Of a stretch of DNA of 64,000 nucleotides, positions 60,205 through 64,000 are shown one piece after another (position 1 is the first letter of the stretch; every line of letters starts with the position of its first letter). This DNA comes from an uncultured Actinomycetota bacterium (GTDB lineage Bacteria > Actinomycetota > Actinomycetes > Propionibacteriales > Nocardioidaceae). Made by a program: the position numbers and the translations under genes. The stretch covers positions 13,363 through 77,362 of the forward strand of contig CAVZPT010000001.1 in assembly GCA_963777195.1 (NCBI GenBank), given 5' to 3'. The notes beneath the pieces were generated by a model. The model made no database searches. It had not been told where the DNA came from and was given only the letters and a program-made list of their open reading frames with translations.

Positions 60205-61290
60205 TCAGACGTAGCGCTCCAGGATGCTGGACTCCGCCAGCCGGGAGAGTCCCTCGCGCACGCTGCGGGCGCGCAGCTCGCCCACGCCCTCGACGGTCTG
60301 GAGGTCCTCGACGCCCGCCGAGAGCAGCTTCTGCAGGGTCTCGAAGTGCCCCACGAGCCGGTCGACCACCAGCGGTGGCAGCCGGGGCACCTTGGCCAGC
60401 AGCCGGTAGCCACGAGGGCTGACCGCCCCGTCGAGGTGCTCCCCCTGGCCCAGCCCCAGGGCGCGAGCGACGCATGCGATGTCGACGAGGTCGGTGGGGG
60501 AGAGCCCCTCCAGCTCGGCCAGCACGGCCTCCGGGACGCGGGTGCGCCGACCACTCGGCTGGTAGTCGCGCACCACCAGTTCGCGCTCGATCTCGACGCC
60601 GGTGACCAGCTCCTCGAGCTGGAGCGAGAGCAGTCGGCCGTCGCTGCCGAGCTCGTTGACGTAGTCGTCGATCTCGCGGGCGATCCGGCTGACCATCTCC
60701 AGTCGCTGGGAGACCACGGCGACGTCGCGCACGGTGACGAGGTCCTCGATCTCCAGGGCGGACAGGGTGCTGGACACCTCGTCGAGGCGCACCTTGTAGC
60801 GCTCCAGGGTGGCCAGCGCCTGGTTGGCCCGGGCCAGGATGCTGCCGGAGTCCTCGAGGACGTAGCGGATGTGGCCCACGTAGATGGCGATGATCTGCAT
60901 CGACTGCGACACCGAGATCACCGGGGCGCCGGTCTGCTTGGCGACCCGGTCCGCGGTGCGGTGCCGGGTGCCGGTCTCCTCGGAGGGGATCGTGTGGTCG
61001 GGCATCAGGTGCACGTTGGCGCGGTGGATCCGGCTGATCTCGCGGTCGAGGATCAGCGCGCCGTCCATCTTGGCCAGCTCGCGCAGCGCGGTCGCGGTGA
61101 ACGGCACGTCGAGCAGGAACCCGCCGGTGACGATCTCGTCGACCTGCTCGTCCTGGCCCAGGACGATCAGCGCGCCGGTGCGGCCGCGCAGGATCCGCTC
61201 CAGCCCGTCGCGCAGGGACGTTCCCGGCGCGATGTTGGCCAGGGTCCTGCGCAGGCGTGCTGCGTCGTCGGGATCTTCGTGGGCTGCCAC
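60205..61290 (-). CDS. disA: DNA integrity scanning diadenylate cyclase DisA
   Basis: APGTSLRDGL, ELAKMDGA, TGTRHRTA, C-terminal HhH VEGVG. Confidence 0.97.
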   Translation of the reverse strand: MAAHEDPDDAARLRRTLANIAPGTSLRDGLERILRGRTGALIVLGQDEQVDEIVTGGFLLDVPFTATALRELAKMDGALILDREISRIHRANVHLMPDHTIPSEETGTRHRTADRVAKQTGAPVISVSQSMQIIAIYVGHIRYVLEDSGSILARANQALATLERYKVRLDEVSSTLSALEIEDLVTVRDVAVVSQRLEMVSRIAREIDDYVNELGSDGRLLSLQLEELVTGVEIERELVVRDYQPSGRRTRVPEAVLAELEGLSPTDLVDIACVARALGLGQGEHLDGAVSPRGYRLLAKVPRLPPLVVDRLVGHFETLQKLLSAGVEDLQTVEGVGELRARSVREGLSRLAESSILERYV

Positions 61291-61299
61291 GCGCGGAGT

Positions 61300-62718
61300 C
61301 TATGACAGCCCGACCCGGGCGGCCCCGTCAGTTTCCAGGCCGAGCAGGTCCAGGGCCCGCCGGATGTTGTCCACGTCGACGACCCGGAGGCCGTCGAGGA
61401 CCCGGCTGCTCCCGGCACTGGTGCGCGTCTCGGCCGGCACCATCGCGGACCGGAAGCCCATCCGTCCGGCCTCGGCGAGGCGCACGCCGACGTCGCGGAC
61501 CCGGCGGAGCTCTCCGGACAGGCCGAGCTCGCCGATCGCCACGGCAGTGCGCGCGAGCGGGATGCCCCTCCAGGCGGAGGTGATCGCCAGGGCGATCGCC
61601 AGGTCGTTGCTGGGCTCGGTGAGCCGGGCGCCGCCGACGCTGGAGACGAACACGTCGTGGGCGTGCAGCCGCACCCCCGCATGTTGCTGCAGGATCGCCA
61701 GGATCATCGCGACCCGCGAGGAGTCGACCCCCGAGGTGGTGCGGCGCGGTCGCTCCGAGGGGGTGTGGGTGACCAGCGCCTGCACCTCGCTGAGCAGTGG
61801 GCGCCGCCCCTCCATCACCACCGCGACGCAGGTGCCCGGGACGGGGCCGTGGCCGGTCTCGAGGAAGAGGCCGGTCGGGTCGGTGATCGCCACGATGCCC
61901 TCGGCGGAGAGGTCGAAGCAGCCGACCTCGTCGACCGGGCCGTAGCGGTTCTTCACCGCCCGCAGGAGTCGCAGACGGCTGCTGCGCTCTCCCTCGAAGT
62001 GCGCCACCACGTCGACGAGGTGCTCCAGCACCCGCGGGCCGGCGATGGTGCCGTCCTTGGTCACGTGGCCGATCAGGACCACGGTGATGTTGCGCAGCTT
62101 GGCCATCCGGATCAGGGCCGCGGAGACCTCCTTGACCTGGGTCACCCCGCCGGGGACGCCGTCGACGTCGCTGGCGCTGATGGTCTGCACCGAGTCCACG
62201 ACGAGCAGGGTCGGCTTCACCGCCTCGGTGTGCCCCAGCACCGCCCCGAGGTCGGTCTCGGCGGCCAGGAACAGCTCGTCCTCGACCGCCCCCGTGCGGT
62301 CGGCCCGCATCCGCACCTGCCCGGCCGACTCCTCGCCGGTGACGTAGAGCACCCGGTGGCCCTGTCGAGCCGTCTGGGCGGCCACCTCGAGCAGCAGCGT
62401 CGACTTGCCGACGCCGGGCTCACCGGCGAGCAGGATCGCGGCGCCGGGGACCAGGCCGCCGCCGAGGACCCGGTCGAGCTCGGGAACCCCGCTGGTGCGC
62501 GAGTGCGAGTCCTCGATCGCGATCTCACCGATCCGCAGCGCCGGCGCGGTGACCGGGCCGGCCTGCACCCGGCTCTTGGCCGCGGACCTCTCCACCACCG
62601 TGCCCCAGGCCTGGCACTCGCCGCAGCGCCCGACCCACTTGGCGGCCTCCCAGCCGCACTCGTTGCAGTGGTAGCCGGGACGGGCGGGCTTGGTCGCGGA
62701 CCGGGTGTTCTGTGCCAT
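61300..62718 (-). CDS. radA: DNA repair protein RadA/Sms
   Basis: C4 zinc finger CNECG...CGEC, GEPGVGKST, KNRYG, C-terminal Lon-like domain. Confidence 0.97.
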   Translation of the reverse strand: MAQNTRSATKPARPGYHCNECGWEAAKWVGRCGECQAWGTVVERSAAKSRVQAGPVTAPALRIGEIAIEDSHSRTSGVPELDRVLGGGLVPGAAILLAGEPGVGKSTLLLEVAAQTARQGHRVLYVTGEESAGQVRMRADRTGAVEDELFLAAETDLGAVLGHTEAVKPTLLVVDSVQTISASDVDGVPGGVTQVKEVSAALIRMAKLRNITVVLIGHVTKDGTIAGPRVLEHLVDVVAHFEGERSSRLRLLRAVKNRYGPVDEVGCFDLSAEGIVAITDPTGLFLETGHGPVPGTCVAVVMEGRRPLLSEVQALVTHTPSERPRRTTSGVDSSRVAMILAILQQHAGVRLHAHDVFVSSVGGARLTEPSNDLAIALAITSAWRGIPLARTAVAIGELGLSGELRRVRDVGVRLAEAGRMGFRSAMVPAETRTSAGSSRVLDGLRVVDVDNIRRALDLLGLETDGAARVGLS

Positions 62719-62725
62719 GTCGAGC

Positions 62726-62747
62726 ACGCTAGGCGAGGGCACCGACA
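62726..62747 (-). promoter_or_regulatory. RecA-NDp (PafBC-type) promoter of radA-disA
   Basis: Minus strand TGTCGGTG-CCCTCGCC-TAGCGT, 7 nt before ATG (leaderless). Confidence 0.8.
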
Positions 62748-62793
62748 GATCTCGCCAACGACGTGCTCCGTGCAGCTCGGGGCGCGGTTCGCC

Positions 62794-62811
62794 TAGGATT
62801 GGATCGATCCA
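62794..62811 (+). promoter_or_regulatory. -10 element followed by a LacI-type palindromic operator
   Basis: TAGGAT then perfect palindrome TGGATCGATCCA (central CG), upstream of the LacI gene. Confidence 0.6.
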
Positions 62812-62860
62812 CATCACGGGTCGGCCGCGGACTCGGGGGTCGGCCCCTTCAGGGGGAGCG

Positions 62861-63925
62861 ATGAACCAGCAGGGCAGGCCGGACAACGGTCGTGGGCGGC
62901 ACACTTCGCCCCCGACGCTGGCCACCGTGGCCGACGAGGCGGGGGTCTCGCGGCAGACCGTCTCCAACGCGCTGAACAACCCCGAGCTGCTGCGCCCGGA
63001 GACCCTGGAGCGGGTCCAGCAGGTGATCGAGAGGCTCGGCTACTCGCCCAACCGTGCGGCGCGACAGCTGCGCACCCGCTCCTCGCACCTGATCGGGCTG
63101 CGCTTCGAACCCGCCCAGGAGGGCACCAGCAACGCGCTGATGGACCGGTTCCTGCACAGCCTGGTCGACGCCGCATCCCGCACCGGTCACCACCTGCTGC
63201 TCTTCGCGGGCGACCCCGAGGACCCCCTGGACGGCTACGACGACCTGTTGCGGTCCACCGCCGTGGACGCGTTCGTGGTGACCGACACCTACGCCGGGAC
63301 ACCGCAGTCGACCTTCCTGCAGGAGCGCGACGCACCCTTCGTCGCGTTCGGCCGGCCCTGGGACGACCCGGAGGCCCGGCACGCCTGGATCGACGTCGAC
63401 GGCGCCCACGGCTCGCGGATCGCCACCGAGCACCTGCTGGCACAGGGTCACCGCCGGGTGGCGTGGCTGGGCTGGGAGCGCAGCTCCCGGATCGGGCAGG
63501 ACCGCCGCGCCGGCTGGGAGACCGCGATGAGCGCTGCCGGTCTGGACACCGCCGGGCTCGGCGTACGCCTGACCGACAACGTCGACGCGGCCCGGATGGC
63601 CACCCACGGGCTGCTCGAGGACCCCTCGGTGACCGCCTTCGCGTGCGCCAGCGACACCTTGGCGATCGGGGTGCTGCACGCCTGTGCGGAGCGCGGCCTG
63701 CAGCCGGGGCTCGACATCGGGGTGGTCGGCTTCGACGACTCCCTGGCCGCGCAGGTGACCTGGCCGGGTCTGACCTCGGTTCGGCAGCCGCTCGAGGACG
63801 TCGCCTTCGCGCTGATCCGGATCCTGCAGACGGTGCTGGCCCACAAGCCGCTGGCCGCTCAGGGCCGGATGCTCCAGCCCACTCTGGTCGTACGCCGGTC
63901 CAGCCGGCGCGACGCCGCCAGCTGA
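62861..63925 (+). CDS. LacI-family transcriptional regulator
   Basis: TLATVADEAGVSRQTVSNALN, LGYSPNRAARQL, VVGFDD, LTSVRQP. Confidence 0.93.
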   Translation: MNQQGRPDNGRGRHTSPPTLATVADEAGVSRQTVSNALNNPELLRPETLERVQQVIERLGYSPNRAARQLRTRSSHLIGLRFEPAQEGTSNALMDRFLHSLVDAASRTGHHLLLFAGDPEDPLDGYDDLLRSTAVDAFVVTDTYAGTPQSTFLQERDAPFVAFGRPWDDPEARHAWIDVDGAHGSRIATEHLLAQGHRRVAWLGWERSSRIGQDRRAGWETAMSAAGLDTAGLGVRLTDNVDAARMATHGLLEDPSVTAFACASDTLAIGVLHACAERGLQPGLDIGVVGFDDSLAAQVTWPGLTSVRQPLEDVAFALIRILQTVLAHKPLAAQGRMLQPTLVVRRSSRRDAAS

Positions 63926-63959
63926 GCGGTAGCCCGCAGCCCCACCGGGACCAGCCGGT

Positions 63960-64000
63960 CTACCAGCCCCTGCTCCACACGTTCACGGCGTAGTCGACCT
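63960..64000 (-). CDS. 3' end of a gene entering from the right (...VDYAVNVWSRGW*)
   Basis: Open frame ending in TAG at 63962-63960; too short to identify. Confidence 0.45.
   Translation of the reverse strand, partial: VDYAVNVWSRGW

Overview
High-GC actinobacterial chromosome; gene order and protein sequences suggest Nocardioidaceae (Nocardioides-like), which is an inference. The backbone is the conserved ppa-dacB-tilS-hpt-ftsH-folEPBK ... panC-panD-nadB-nadC-coaX-lysS-lsr2-clpC-mutY-disA-radA region. It is preceded by a TPP-riboswitch thiamine ABC operon, an NlpC/P60 hydrolase and an acyl-CoA oxidase. Between the fol and pan operons lies a ~19.5 kb accessory glycan island (26405-45855). It encodes a complete pseudaminic acid (Pse) pathway (pseB, C, H, G, I and an SpsF/PseF-type cytidylyltransferase fused to an aldo-keto reductase). 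It also encodes tailoring enzymes (PIG-L deacetylase + formyltransferase; ACP + adenylating enzyme + ketoreductase + PPTase-like protein; PtmA-like SDR; sulfotransferase-like protein). Two unrelated candidate nonulosonate transferases are present, one with the L, S and VS sialylmotifs of the mostly eukaryotic GT29 family. This island is the best candidate for an undescribed system: a multiply modified Pse glycopolymer or glycoconjugate. It is interrupted by a scrambled IS481-like remnant and a triple-frameshifted DUF222-HNH gene. Three unrelated REP/REPIN-like palindromic repeat families occur at gene ends. No CRISPR, tRNA or rRNA is visible. All product calls come from motif recognition, not database searches.
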